Positions 39,652 to 52,780 of a DNA stretch of 64,000 bases are shown one piece after another. The number at the start of each line of letters is the position of its first letter. Position 1 is the stretch's first letter. The notes under the pieces are model-generated. The model saw nothing but the letters and a program-made list of their open reading frames with translations, was not told where the DNA came from and did not search any database. Both the position numbers and the translations under genes were made by a program. This DNA is from Fonticula alba ATCC 38817. Its lineage: Eukaryota; Protista; Nucleariida. The stretch lies in the NCBI GenBank assembly GCA_000388065.2, contig KB932202.1, one strand, 5' to 3'.

Positions 39652-40778
39652 TTGCGTGCGTGTACGTGTGTATGTGGGTCCATTCGCCCGGTGGACCTCG
39701 GGCACGATTCTCCCTGGTTCTGCGCCTCTACCCCCTCCGGCTTCGCACCGCCAACACCAGCCGCGGTGCTTGCCTCTCGCTCTGCCGAATGGTGTGACTT
39801 GCCCTCTGAAGTCCGGGCATGCCTCCGTGCCGGGGGACACCCGCCCGAGAGCAAGAGATTCTCCCGACAAATAGCGCCTTCAGCCTTTCAAGCATCAGCA
39901 TCTTCGTAGTTTCCTTCGTGCATCATTGCCCGCCCGCCCGCCCGCCTCCTTCCCTCCCCCTCTGTCGCCTCCTCCCGACTCCCTGGCCTTCACCCGAAGG
40001 GCCTCCCACGGTGTGTGACAAGCGTCTGCATCTCCCCCCCCCCCCCGCTTTGGTGTTCTGCTAGCCGGTACATCGTCCTCCCTTTTGTCATTGTAAAAGG
40101 TACTCCTCCATCCTTCTCTCCCTTCCTCCCTTTCCCACGCGCACATTCGCCAGAGGGGGGCAGGGCCCGCGCCACTCTTCGTGCGCTGCCGGGGAAACGG
40201 CGGTGGTCGGCCAAATCCCAGCGGATGATACCACACACGCCCCGGAGTGGCCATCACAAATCCCCCCACGCATGCACATACCTACGTGAGAGCATTTTTG
40301 GATGGACCGGATTTTGGCCCTTATCTCGCTCATCCTTATCTCGCGCGGGGGGTGCCCACAGGATGGCCGCGCGGGTGGCGATCGGCTCTCCTCCCCCCCT
40401 CCCCCCCCCCCCCTCCCCCTCGGCACACTAAAGCCAGCAGGCAACCGGCCCCGCACTTGCCTCCGTGGGGGTCCTGTCGCCTGCTCTTCATGGGAATGCC
40501 TCTTCCTGGCTCTTTGCCCACTCCAAATGCGGGGACATCGATCGCCCTTTGTCCCACTTCCCCTCGCCCGCCCTCCCCCTCCCGAGCTTGCAAACGGGGG
40601 GGGGGGGGGCACATGGGACGAAGTGAGCCCGGCCACCTCCTAGCCCACAACCACCCACTCAATTTGCACCCCGACATCCGATCTGACTCGACTTCTCCTC
40701 TCCCTGCCCGGTTCCACCCTGTGCCGGCCCCGGCTGTGTGCCCTACCATGTGCCGCGCGTTTCAGAGCACCTTGAAAA

Positions 40779-43074
40779 ATGAGCTCTCATGCTTCCGCAT
40801 CACCGACCACCTCCTACGGAGCGGTCGGTGGCAGCCCCCTGTCCGCCGAGGCGGACAGTCTCATCTCGTCCTACCTTGCCGACCACCGGGCTCATCGCAC
40901 CGGCTCCGAGACATCCCTTGTGACGGAGTCCTCCCACAGCGACGGGCGTGATGATGGGAGTTTCTTCAGTTACGACGCCTCGGGGCCCGGCTCGTCCGGC
41001 TACTATCCCGAGGATGACAACGACCACAAGGCCCTCCTCGGCAACGACGGCGGGACAAAGCCCTCTGCTTCTGGAGAGGGCGGCTCCCCCAGCGACCAGC
41101 TTGGTGGCCAATCATCCTCGACCGAGGCCCCGCCCAAGACCGGGACAGACAGCCGGCGTTTCCGCCTTGCCATGGCCCTCGTGTGTATGTTTGGCCTGGC
41201 CATCTCCTGGGTGGCCCAAGGCTGGCTCGGTCAGAGCCTCCAGGACAGTGGCTATGAGAATGTATGCCCCCCTCCTCCCCCCCTCCCCCCCGTCATTTGT
41301 GTCTTGTGTTCGCCTCCCCGCTCTTCTCTATCGTTGCGCAGATGTGGTGCCTTTTCCTGCCTCGCTCACTTGATCTTGCGCACACAAACTTCCGGGCCAT
41401 CTTTCGGACTCACACTCTCCCCCCCCCCCCCCCCCCCCCTCCCTTTCCCCCCTCTCTCTCTTTCTCTCCCCTTCGGCGCCCTCCCCTCGCCGCCGCACGC
41501 GCCCAATCAGCCATACATCATGAGTTACTTTGGGCATAGCATGTTTGCCCTGGGCATTCTAATTGTATTGCCCTTCTACAAGAGTGCGTCTAGCTTGCGG
41601 TTGGAGGCCGGCTCTCTCCCCCCAATGCCCATTGATGCTGGCCACAGGCCAGAGCCCCGGCCCCTGGGAGGATCAACCGTGTGTGTTGCCTTCTTTGGTC
41701 GGGCCTTTCCCGTTACTGACAGCCTTCCGGCCTCCCTTCCCAGCCTTCGACATCAACCCCCGGCGCTACCTCATGCCGACCTTCGTCCTTGCGTGTATCT
41801 CCTTCCTCATGCTGTATCTGTGGTACCTCTCGCTCAACCACACGATGCTCTCCCTGAACACGGCCATCTACCAATGCGTGTGTGTCGTGGTGTACTGTGC
41901 GTTGTCACTGTGCTCTCTCTCTCTCTCTCTCTCTCCTTGCCCGGCTCTCGCCTTCCTTCTGTCCCTCTCGCTCTCTCTCCCCCTCGGTCTAACGGTTTTC
42001 CTCTCCTCCCTCTCACCTGCCTGTCTGCTCGCTCCTCCTCCTCCTCCTCCTCCTCCTCCTCCGTATGTCATCGGGTGTCTGCGTAGTCCTTTCAATGATC
42101 CTCCTCAAGGAGCGCGCGGACTGGCGCAAGTTCCTGGCCGTGGCCGTGTGCATTACCGGGGTCTTCCTGACGGCATTCGCCCCGACCGAGGATGACTCCT
42201 CCACCGATGGGACTGCCCTCGGGTACATGCTGCTCATTGGCTCGACCATTCTCTATGGTCTCTATGAGGTTCTGTTCGCATGGTATCGCCTCGTGCCGCC
42301 TGATGCTCCCGCTCTCGAGGGTCTTCTGGCTTCTATCTATACCCTGGGCCTGACTGGCGTTTGGACATGTGCGTGCCTGGCCGCCGGCGGCCCCGGCCTG
42401 TCGCTGCCTCCCTTCCTCCCACAACGACTATTCTACAACCGCTCGCGGGCCATATTCTCTGACACACACATACACACGCGCGCGCGTACATGCACACACA
42501 CACACACACACGTCATTCCCCCCCCCCCCCCGCCCCCGCTCCCGCTCCCGTTCCCTCCTCGCCTCTTCCGCTCGTTTTGCTCGGCCATCATGCCCCCTAC
42601 CACAGTCCTCATCTTCTGGATTGGTATGCCCATCCTCCAGGCCACCGGGTTCGAGAACATTGCCCTGCCTCCGACGCCGGAACTCCGCATGGACCTGCTC
42701 ATCTTGTGGTTCGTGGTGGTCATCTACCATGCCCTGCTGCTGATTTGCCTCTTCATGGCCGGATCGCCGCTGCTTGTGTCTGTCGGCACCATCCTCGCCG
42801 TGCCAACGGCCATCCTGGTGGAGTTCGTGGCGGCCCAGATCGGGGGTGGCCCGGCCCCCTCCATCCATGCCATGGCCTGGGCCGGCATGTGTCTCATTGT
42901 GCTGGGTTCGTGCTGCTGACCGCCGCCAATGAGACCAGCCTCGGGGCTGGGCTTTTTGCTCGCTTCGCCCGCCGCCTCGGCTTCAATGTGTACTGCCCGG
43001 CTGAGGGGGATGAGCCGAGCTCCAACTGCGGCGGTGGGGCCAAGGTGGATAGCAACGTCGACACGACCGTGTGA
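40779..43074 (+). CDS. DMT/EamA-superfamily transporter, SLC35F3/F4 (Thi74)-like, with an apparent 1-nt frameshift at about 42905
   Basis: About 10 hydrophobic segments. ISWVAQ, QPYIMSYFGHSMF, LWYLSL..T..SLNTAIYQ, VLSMILLKER..WRKFLAVAVCITGVFL and SPLLVSVGTILAVP are typical of SLC35F. Confidence 0.85.
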
Positions 43075-44700
43075 GAGACAGGCCGAAAGGCACCCGGTTG
43101 CGCTCCTTGCCTCCTGCCCCCCCCCCCCCCCACCCAAAGTACGGTGTGTACCCCCTCCCCTGGGCGAGCCTCTCGCCGCCACTCAAAAGGGGGCGCGTCC
43201 GAGGCCTCCGCGCCTCTTCCACCCGCCCCCCCTCCTCTTCGGGAGCGTGCGCGCTCACACGCATACATGCACAAGGTGATAACGCCTATTTTTCCAATAA
43301 ACATAGACAGTGTTGCATCCTCTGGGGGGCATCTATTCCAAGCGTGCGGGTGGACAGGTGTGTGTGGGCCTCCCTGACTGGGGGAGGGGGAGAGTGTTGT
43401 TCGAGCAGGCGAGAGGATGGTTAGTCTTGATCAGGGGGTGGAGTGGCATGCTGTCAGCCGGGGGAGGGTTCAGTCCGAGTGAGGCATCATCAGCGGGCAC
43501 GGCGGAAATGATGGCCATGCACGCGCGCGTGTGCGCGCACACGTTCGCACACACACACACACACACACACATCGACCCACCACCAAGCACATGTGCACAT
43601 GCGCACATGCGCACACGCGTATACATGCGCACATGCAGGAGACCACACCAAAGTGGAGAGGAGGGAGGCCATGCTGACACCGGCAGCGCGGGTAGCCCGG
43701 GGCCCGGTCAACCCCTCCCGACGCGGTTGCGCGGGCAGGAACGTCGACCGGTGGGCCAACCGGGCGGATGCAAGGCCTGACGGGCCCGGCTGACGCCCGC
43801 TGAGGGAGCCGGCTTGAGGCGGCCGCCGTCCTCCCTGACGCTTTGGTGTGCCCCTGGGAGCATTGCCGTATGTATGCATGCGTGCGTGCGTGCATGTGCA
43901 TGTGCACATGTGCATGTATGTGGCAGGGATGCGCGTACGCACGCGTGCGCCCGTGCGCGTGCATGAGCACCAGGCGGCGGGCGCGAGTACGATGTATCTG
44001 ATCAGATCATCAAGACCCACGGCAGAGGAGAGGGGAGAGGCTGGGGGCAGGAGCGAAGGCAAGGCGCACCGGGGCGGAGAGGGGGACCGCGATATGTGTG
44101 GACTGTGCATGCAGGGGGGGGGAGGGACGGGGAGGCAGGCGCGGGCTGGGGCGGAATTGGCACCAGACGCCCTGAAAGCCCAGCCGATAGCACGGTGCGT
44201 TGGCACAAAAAGAGAGAACACGTGCGCGGATCCTAAACGAAGGACATAAACATGCGCGAGCGCGCGACTCGCCCCCGGCTGGTGCGCAGCGAGCAGGCAG
44301 CGCCGGGCCGGGACAGTGGGAAGGGCGCGGGCGGGAGGGGGGAGCCCCATGCTGGGGAAATAGCGCGCGGACTGATGACCGTCCCCGCCTGGCATGGATG
44401 CCCTGATGCCTTTCCTTCCCGGTCGAGGGCGCGCGGTACCGCCTGGGAGCCGCCGTGCCCGCGGTCGGGTCAGATTGTTGTTCCTTTTTTTTTTTCGGCC
44501 ACCGCCCCGGCAGGCCCTTTCCCTGGGACCGGCTGCAACGCCTCTCCGGGAATACCCAGCTCGCTCGCCCCCCCCCCTCCTCCCCCTCCCCCCCCTCCTC
44601 CCCCCTCTCCTCCCTCCCTTCCACGCGCCTCCTGCCCCTTTCTGCCCCCTATTCCTCCCAGTCCCCCTCTTCTCCCCTCTGCCTGGGCGCGCGCATCGCC

Positions 44701-45555
44701 ATGAAGTCCCAGCAGCTCCTTTACCGCTTGAACCAGCGCCTGCAAGCCGGCCTGATCAATCGGCCGACCATCGCCCAGTTGGCCATGACCCAGCACCCGC
44801 CGGTGATGGTGCCGATCCCGGAGCCGCCCCGCAAGCGGACCTTCTCCAAGCAGATGATTCGCGACATGCCGTACTGGTACACCAACCGTGCGGCCGTGAC
44901 TTCCGGTATGAACAGCGCGCGCGGGGCTTACGTGCATCCGGAGCTGCAGGACTTCTTCCGTCGCTTTGCCGAGGACTACGAGTTGGAGAAGCGCCGGAAG
45001 CCCACCAAGGACAAGGTCGGGTCGCGTCCCCCCTCGCTCGACCGCCATGGTGATGCCCTCTTCACGCGGTACTTCCCGCGCGACCCCAACACCCAGAAGA
45101 CCCAGCGCTCGCGCTTCCCGGAGCTGGTGCTGCACTCGCTCCCCCGGAGCACCGGCAACATCTCCATCACCAACAGCCGGTCGGTTGATGACTGCCTGGA
45201 GAAGGTGAATGAGATCCGCCGCGTGGCCCCGCTTGACCTCTACGAGACCCTGGCTCACAATGCCCTGGAGACCTTCCACCTGCAGGAGCGCCGTCGTGCT
45301 GCCAGCCGGCGCATGTATGCCGATGTGTCCCTCAGTGACATTGTCATCCACCCGGGGCTGATGGGCCTCCTCCCGCGGGGCATCTCCTCCGAGTACTCGA
45401 AGCTCATTAACCAGGGCTTCGATGCCCATGCCGCCTTCCGCCATAGCTACCACAAGACCTTCCACGCCTCCGAGACCGAGGCCGAGGCCGCCTCCAAGGC
45501 CAAGGCCAAGGCCAAGGCGAAGGCCAAGGCCGCCCAGGCTTCCAACTCCACCTGA
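44701..45555 (+). CDS. Intronless basic protein of 284 aa, possibly mitochondrial ribosomal protein mS23 (Rsm25-like)
   Basis: Clear coding-like codon usage. N-terminal LLYRLNQRLQAGLINRP....MTQHPP and central DALFTRYFPRDP ... SVDDCLEK ... ALETFHLQERR loosely resemble Rsm25/MRPS23. (AAGGCC)n KA repeat near the end. Confidence 0.7.
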   Translation: MKSQQLLYRLNQRLQAGLINRPTIAQLAMTQHPPVMVPIPEPPRKRTFSKQMIRDMPYWYTNRAAVTSGMNSARGAYVHPELQDFFRRFAEDYELEKRRKPTKDKVGSRPPSLDRHGDALFTRYFPRDPNTQKTQRSRFPELVLHSLPRSTGNISITNSRSVDDCLEKVNEIRRVAPLDLYETLAHNALETFHLQERRRAASRRMYADVSLSDIVIHPGLMGLLPRGISSEYSKLINQGFDAHAAFRHSYHKTFHASETEAEAASKAKAKAKAKAKAAQASNST

Positions 45556-45960
45556 GCCTGGGGCTTTCTCCTCCCCCCCGCCCCCCCTCCCCCCATCCTT
45601 CCTCCTTCTCCGTCCCTCCGTGAGCACTTGTGCCCCTCCTCCCCTTCCCCCCCCCCCCCCCCCTTCCCTCGGGTGTACTTTGCCACACTCCCTCCTTTGC
45701 TTTTGATCTCCCTGCCAAGGCGATCCCTCCCCCCTCCGACTTCCAATATACATAGAGAACTTCATCTCGGAGGCCTGGGTCCGGTGGAGGGCCCTCCCCA
45801 CCACGATTGTGCCCCCCCCCCCCCCATGCCGCCGGGTCGTTTGCCGGCGGGGGGCGTGCTCCCCCGGTGAGGACACGCGGGCGGGCTTTTTTTCCTTTTG
45901 GATGTGTTTCTATTGGTCGCTGGTTGCCATGGCCGGTGCGCGCGCGCGCGCCTTTGGCCG

Positions 45961-48900
45961 TCATGGCGAGCCCACCCGGCGCAGAGAGCCCGACTCGAAG
46001 GCCAACTGTGCGCTTGGCGAGAGGCTGGAGTCTCGGGTGAAGGAGGTGGTGATCGGGGCACCGCCGGCCAGGAGCCCGGCCCCAGCGGCCGCTGACAGGG
46101 GCGACGAGAAGGGATCGGCCAGCGGCCCGGGGGCCGTTGCCCCGGTGCCGGGATGGCACTCCTGGTGGATGAAGGCCACCAGGGCCTGGGTCAGACGCAT
46201 GGAGTCCAGCACCCCGACACCGACATTGGCAGCCGCGGCGCCGGCGGCCGGGGCTGGCTGGTCACCAGCTCCCACCCCGGGTGACAGGGCGGTCACGGCC
46301 GACAGATCGCCCGTGGTGGGGGCCGGCGTGGCGCCGGTGCTGCCGGCCTCCCGACACTGGTCCAAAACACCAGCCGCAGCCAGGCCCAGGACGCCGGACC
46401 CGGCCATTCGGGCCAAACAGGCCGCGGCCAGGTCCCGATCGGCCAGCGGGATGCCATGCTGCAGCATGAGCGGCAGCCAGACAAAAGTGGCCCGGGGCCC
46501 GGGCATCGAGCGCTGAACCCGCAGGTAGTCCGAGTGCCGGGCCAGCCGGTCCCGGCAGAAGGTCACATACCCGGCCGTCCGCTCGAGATAGAGGCTCCGA
46601 GAGAGGAGGCGCAGCAGGGGGACCGCGCGAGCGGCGGCGGCAGCGGCGGCGGCAGCGGCCCCGGTGGGCCCCCGGCCAGTCGGCGGCCCACCCCGCACCA
46701 CCAGAGTCCCGGCCAGCACCGGGTACTCCTTGGCCAAGCGGGGAACATCAAAGGGGAAGGGCACATGCAGCAGGGCGCCACCATGAGACAGCACGGCCGC
46801 CGGAGGGGCGCGCGTGCGCATGCCCGAGCCCGACGGCGGCACCGGCTCGATTGACTGCGCTGCGTCGGTGACGGCCGGCTCCTCGTCGGCCGGCGGGATG
46901 CACACGCCCTGCACCAGGAGGGCCGTGTCCAGCAGCAGGTCATTGAGAATGGTCAGGGCACGGCGCCGGGGGATGATGGTGACCCGGCCATATCCGCCGG
47001 CCATCAGTCCGGGGGCCGTTGGAGTGGGCAACTGCTGCCCGCTGCCGTAAACCCCGCCGCGGAAGGGCCCACCCAAAAAGTGCCCCGCCTGCAGGGGGTC
47101 GTGCGGCGAGCCCTCGCGAGCTGCCTGGGGCGCGACGCTCCAAACCATGACAGCCAGGTAGTCATACGGCTGGGCGTGGGCGTGGGCGTGGGCGTGGGGA
47201 GAGGGGGAGGGGGGGGGGGGAGGGGGCGAGCGCATGGATGAGACGCCGGGCGTGGAAAGGAAGAGGCGACAAACAAAAAAGAAAAGGACCCCGGAGCAAA
47301 GGGGGATGTGGCCGGAAGAGGGAGATAAAAAATACACACCAACAGAGTGGCTGGCAGCCGCCGAAGACGAGTCCCAGTGCGGAGAGCCACCGAGGCGGGG
47401 CCGCATCCGGCCGATCGATACATGAAGAGTGACAGCCAGCATGTAGCCGACCCTGCGGTGTTGTACTCGACGCCAGTCCCGGCGGTGGAGGCGGTCCCGC
47501 TGGGGCCGGGGCCGAGGGCCGCCCGGGCGGCGGGCTCCTGGCCGGCACCGGAGCCGCGTGCGGCCGTGCCATCGGGCCCGAGGACCGAGCTCTGCGGATC
47601 TAGCAGCGAGTCGCCGGGCTCGACACCGACACGCAGCCGAGCCGGCAACTGCGGAGGCCCAATATAGGGAACGAAGGCCCCGCAGCCGAGCGACCAGCCG
47701 GATCCACCGCCGGAGATGTGATCGAACTCCTCGAGCCCCTGGAGATGGTATTGGTCTTCGGCCAGGGGGAAGACCCGGAAGAGCGAGGCGGGCGAGGGGG
47801 CCGTCGACACCAGGACATCGTAATTCCGCGCCAAGACGCGTCGCCGAGACGTGGGGTCCAAACTGGCGAGGCTTTCGATGCGAATGATGTCTTTGAGTTG
47901 GGGGGAGTTCACCGATGCATGTGTGTGTGTGTGTGTGTGTGTGTGTGAGTATAACAAAAGTAGGGGAAGGCACAGTTGTGATCCGCTTCGCTGAGGGGAA
48001 GAACGAGAGGAAGGGAGGTGGGCCGTGCACGCACCGACAGATGCCGGCTGACGAAGACCCGGGTCCAGGGCCAGGCACCAGCCATGGCGCAGGAGGAAGA
48101 GAGTCTTGTAGAGGCCAAGTACATGGTCATAGTAGGTCCGCGTTCCGGGGACCAGGTCCGATGACAGGTAGGGGGCCGTGTAGTCGGGCCCCGGAGGGGT
48201 GGCCGCCGGTTCGGCCGCCTCCGCATCCCAAGCCTCGCCCAGGAGAGTGGAGGCCAGGGAGTTGAGGAAGTCATCGCAGGCCACATTGGCAATCTTGCCG
48301 CGCTCGTACAGGGTCACTGCGTGGGACTTGAGATTAGTATGCGGGCTGAAGGCCGAAGACCGGCTCGCGCCAGACGGGTCGCCCATCATCAGGATGGCCG
48401 TGACACTGGCGTCAATCAAAAGACCAAAGCGTGGCCGCCGCCGGGGTGAGTGCCCCGGCGCGGGGCTGGTGATGGCGGCACTGAGGGCTGCAGGGGAGCC
48501 CTCCTGGTAAGTCAGATGTGTGTGTGTGTGTGGGGGGGGGGCGGGGGGTAGGTGCGAGCGTGCCGGCCGGAAAAAAAAAGACAGGGGGGATGCGAGGAGG
48601 ACGCGCGAAAGGGGGCAGAGCTTTCGTGCGCACCGGCGTCAAGGACCAGCGGAAAGAAGGAGTGCGGCCGCATGGTGGCCGAGGGAAGGGTGGGCGTTGG
48701 CAGGACCGGCGAAAGGACCTCCGGCGGGAAATCAATCTGACCGGCGGCCGAGGGCAGTGACCCGGCGCGGGGGAAGTCCCCGCTCTGCAGCATGCCGGCG
48801 AAGTCCCCCGGATGGAAGAGAGGCAGCGAGTCGGCCGGCACGAGGGAATCGCCGGCCGTGGGCCGGGCAGTGGTGATTGGCCGTGGCGAGGTGGCGCTCA

Positions 48901-51376
48901 GGCTGTCAAGCGGCGAGGTGGCCCTCGCACTGCCGATGCCCGTGTCGTCCTCCTCCAGATCCGAGTCGAAGCTGTCCGGCTGGGCCAGCAGCAGACTGGT
49001 GTCCGGCCGGAGGGCAGTACTGAAGCGCGCTGGGAGCAGTTGGGAGAAGTCCTGCAGCAAAGCCGAGCCGAAGGTGCGCCCGGCCAGGCCCCCCGGGGGG
49101 GATGGGGCCGCCGGCTGGAAGAGAGCCGAGATGGACTTCGGCACGGACACCGCCGCATGGCGGAACTGCGTGTACAGGCTGTCCCGAGGGTCGATTTTCT
49201 CGGCCAGGCCCAGGCGACAGTAGACGGATACGGCATTCTTCGGCCAGGGGCGGGGGAGAGGGCGACCGGGTGCACGGTCAAGGGAAAGCCGCCCGTCAGC
49301 GGAGGAGGGGAGGCGGAAAGCCGCAAGGGGGAGCATGGCGAGGGGAAAGGGCGCACTCGGATCAATTCAGCTCGGATCTGCAGAACGTCACTCAGGTCAA
49401 AGACCGACGTGGCATCGTCGATGGAGATGAAAATCTGGTACAGGAGGTTCTCGATGGCATCGCTCTGGACCCGGCGGTTCATGATGAAGTTCCGCAGGAG
49501 AAGCACTGGACCCGGGCGAAGGGGAGTGGGCATGAGAATGGTGCAGGATGGTGGCGCCGGCAACACACCGGCATCGGAGGATGCGCCCGATGGTCGGTGG
49601 GGCAATGGCAAGTGGAGCGGGTGGGAGAGGGGAGGAGGGGGGGAGGGGGGGGGGGATATCCCTTTCCAGGGCACATACCGGAGATCTTGTCATTGTCCGT
49701 GATCGGCACATCCAGATAGACAAGGCCGCGCTCGAGCAGGAAGCGAAGTTGCTCCCCCGGCAGGCAGGCCGCATGCAGGGGGAAAATGATGCCGGAGTTG
49801 CCGAACCCCACGAGCTCGGCCACATCGTAGGTGAAGGGGTCCGTCACGCCGGTACGGTAGAGGAGATTGCTTTCGGCGGCCAGAGGGCTTTGCGGGCCCT
49901 TCTCCCCGAGGAAGTACCGGTACTGTAGGTGCATCTGCACCTCGTGGAGGAGCAGCTCCCGGAGGAGGTCCTGTGCTTGGGGAAAGGCGCTCTGCGATGG
50001 CCGCCAGGCGGCTCGGTCAGTTGCGAATTGGCCGCATAGGCCGGAGAAGGGCCCATGGAGGAGCTGATCCAAGGGCAATGGAGCGGCGGGAGGGGAAGCA
50101 GACAGCCGGATGGCGAGGGGGGCTGATGGAAGCACATACCGCCTGGTTGAGAAACGCTCGAACCCGATAGTCGCGGCGCTGGTCCGGGGTCGAGAGGTCC
50201 AGCACACCCACCGGGAAGCAGGGGCGCGCGCGCCACCAGGGCTGGATGGAAAACCCGGCGGACAGGGTGGTCGGCATGAGCCTCAGGTAGAGCTGCTCGC
50301 GCTGGTGTGTGTCCGACTTCGAGGACAGGGAGAACCCCTTCAGCCGATCGAGAAGGGCCCCGGTGGTTTGGGGGATCCCCCGTAGCCAGTGGCCCAGGCG
50401 CGAGGGCAGCGACTCCGAATCCGAGCCGGCGTCCATCTGCACCCAAGAGTCGGCATCATGGGCGGAGGCGCCTTGCTCGCCTGGGCTCGCGGGCTGGTGC
50501 GGCCCCGTGGCAGGGTCATCTGCCTCGTCCGGGGAGGCGAGCTCGCCAAGGGTCCCGGTCTCCAGGATGTTTCGTCCGCGGTTGGCGATGTCGATGAACT
50601 CATTGCGCCCGATGCCGAGGAAGTGGTAGCCTGGCGCCAGATGCCGGGCAAGCGGGCCACCCGGGCGTCAGTGAGCAAGCCATGCGGGCGCAGCGTGTGT
50701 GCATGCAGGAGATCGCAATACGAGGACGCACAGTCGGTCGCCGTGAAGTTGGGCAGCGAGTCATAGCCGCGGCCCTCAACCAGCAGGTCGATCAGCATGT
50801 GCGTGTAGTATGCGAAGGGGGCGCTGCGCTCGACGAAGGTGGCCAGCTCATGCGACAGATGATGGGGATAGAGCTGGGGGATGGAGACGCGTCAGGGGGA
50901 GCGAACGGGGAATCGGGAACGCGGGGAGAGCGCGCTGGGGGGGGGGGGGGGGAAGGCACGCCAGCGAGGCCGGAGAGACGCCGAGCCGCAGAGGGCACGG
51001 CCCACGAGCGCGCATTTGCGTGTACCATCAGGTTCTTACGCGAGCGGAACAGCAGCTCGGCATAGTATTCGGCCGGCGAGCCGGCGCGGAAGTGGTTCTG
51101 CGCGCTCGGCTTCCAGGGGACCTGGTTTGCCAGGCAAAAGGCAATTGTGTCCCGCAGGAAGCGCTCTTTCTGCGCTGGGGTCAGCTTCGTCGGCAGGGTC
51201 CACTCGCGCCGGTACGAGTCGATGCTGCTGATGATGGGCGACGAGGTGGCCGAGGTGGAGGCGGTCGCGCCGGCAGTCGCGCTGTCCCCGGAAACGGCGG
51301 GGTCCTGCACCGGCTCGGCGGTCGGCGCGAGCCCCCCGGAGGGCGCGCCGCTGCTCGATGGGGCGTGGCTGGTCAT
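45961..51376 (-). CDS. FAM91A1: FAM91A1 homolog, multi-exon
   Basis: YYAELLFRSRKNLMLYPHHL, PFAYYTHM...YDSLPNFTATDC|YHFLGIGRNEFIDI, GLVYLDVPI, FIMNR..Q.DAIENLLYQIFISID, KNAVSVYCRLGLA, WLPLMLQHGIPL and QLAFESGSL match FAM91 N- and C-terminal domains. Confidence 0.93.
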
Positions 51377-52202
51377 GCTGGCAGGAGAGGGACAAGCTGA
51401 AGGACAAGGCCCTGGGCCGATCGCGCGTGCGGATTTCCTCGCGGCGTGTGGTCCTGCCAGATGCACGCCGTCGGTGGAGNNNNNNNNNNNNNNNNNNNNN
51501 NNNNNNNNNNNNNNNNNNNNNNNNNNNNNNNNNNNNNNNNNNNNNNNNNNNNNNNNNNNNNNNNNNNNNNNNNNNNNNNNNNNNNNNNNNNNNNNNNNNN
51601 NNNNNNNNNNNNNNNNNNNNNNNNNNNNNNNNNNNNNNNNNNNNNNNNNNNNNNNNNNNNNNGAGGAGGGGCGGGGGGAGTCTGCTGTGAAGCCTCGGCC
51701 GCCGAGGGCGGCCAGGTTGCCGATGGGGTTTCCGGCACGCCGCCGCTCGCATCGCGGTGCCGACGCGCCTGCTCGAGGCCGGGGCGCTGATCACCGCCCC
51801 CCGAGGCAGATCGGCCGGGCGCCGCCGGGCCCTGGGCGGGGAAGGTGTTGGCGGGGCCGGCCGGACCGGGGGACCCCCCGGCATGCACACGCCCCCACCC
51901 GAGGCGCTGGCTGGGGCGGCGGTCCCATTGTTTTTTTCTGTTGCTCGAATCCCTCCACGCCCGTCCGCCGCAGGCCCCCGGCTCTCGAGGGGTCAACAGC
52001 CCCCGCCGGTCGGGACGCGCTCGTGGGGAGGGCGGGCAAAATTCGGCTTCGCTCTGGCCGATCACGCCGGTTTTTTGGCCCGGGCGCACATGACCCGGAC
52101 AAGTGAAAATTGCATGGCGTGTCAAACAGTCCCTCCCGCCTCGCCCCCCTCCCCCGGTCTCTTGTTGGGCTTGGCTCCGCTGTGCCTTCAATTGAAAGTG
52201 TA

Positions 52203-52242
<40 letters not shown>

Positions 52243-52780
52243 TCCCCTTTCCCGGGGGGACCGGGCCCCCTCGGGACCCGGATGCCGGGCGCCATCCCCT
52301 CTCAGGAGTGGGTTTCTCCCGGCGATGGCCGGTGTAGACCCCCATGCTTCGATTTGCCGTCCCTCCTGTCTGCCTGCCCCCCGCGCACTAGTCAGAATCC
52401 TCCGCTCGCCCATTCTGGTATGTGTGTGTGTGTGTGTGTATGTGTGTGTGTGTGGAGCGGGGGCGGGGGAATGTGCGGGTTGGAACATGCACAGGCCCGC
52501 CGCAGGATGAGCAATCTTGTCGGCCAAAGTTAATGTCGGATCCTGCGCCTGCTCTCTTGAGCAGGTACTCTCAGTGAGAGATCCTCGGCCTGCCGGCAGA
52601 TCCATCACCCAGCACCCTCGTCCTCCTTTTCCCTCCTGGCCTTCGCCCATCCTCCTTCCTCGCCGCAACACGCCACATTCCAGGGCCCCCCTTTCCCTCC
52701 CTCCCTCTCTTCCTCTCTCTCTCTCCCCCCCTCTCCCCCTTCCCAAGCCCGCTCGTGAAGCCCGGCCGGCGCGCTTGAGC

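Noticed and set aside
42911-42919. TGC TGC TGA as possible selenocysteine or stop read-through
   Set aside because: The family-like sequence continues in a different frame, so a 1-nt indel explains it better; no SECIS seen.
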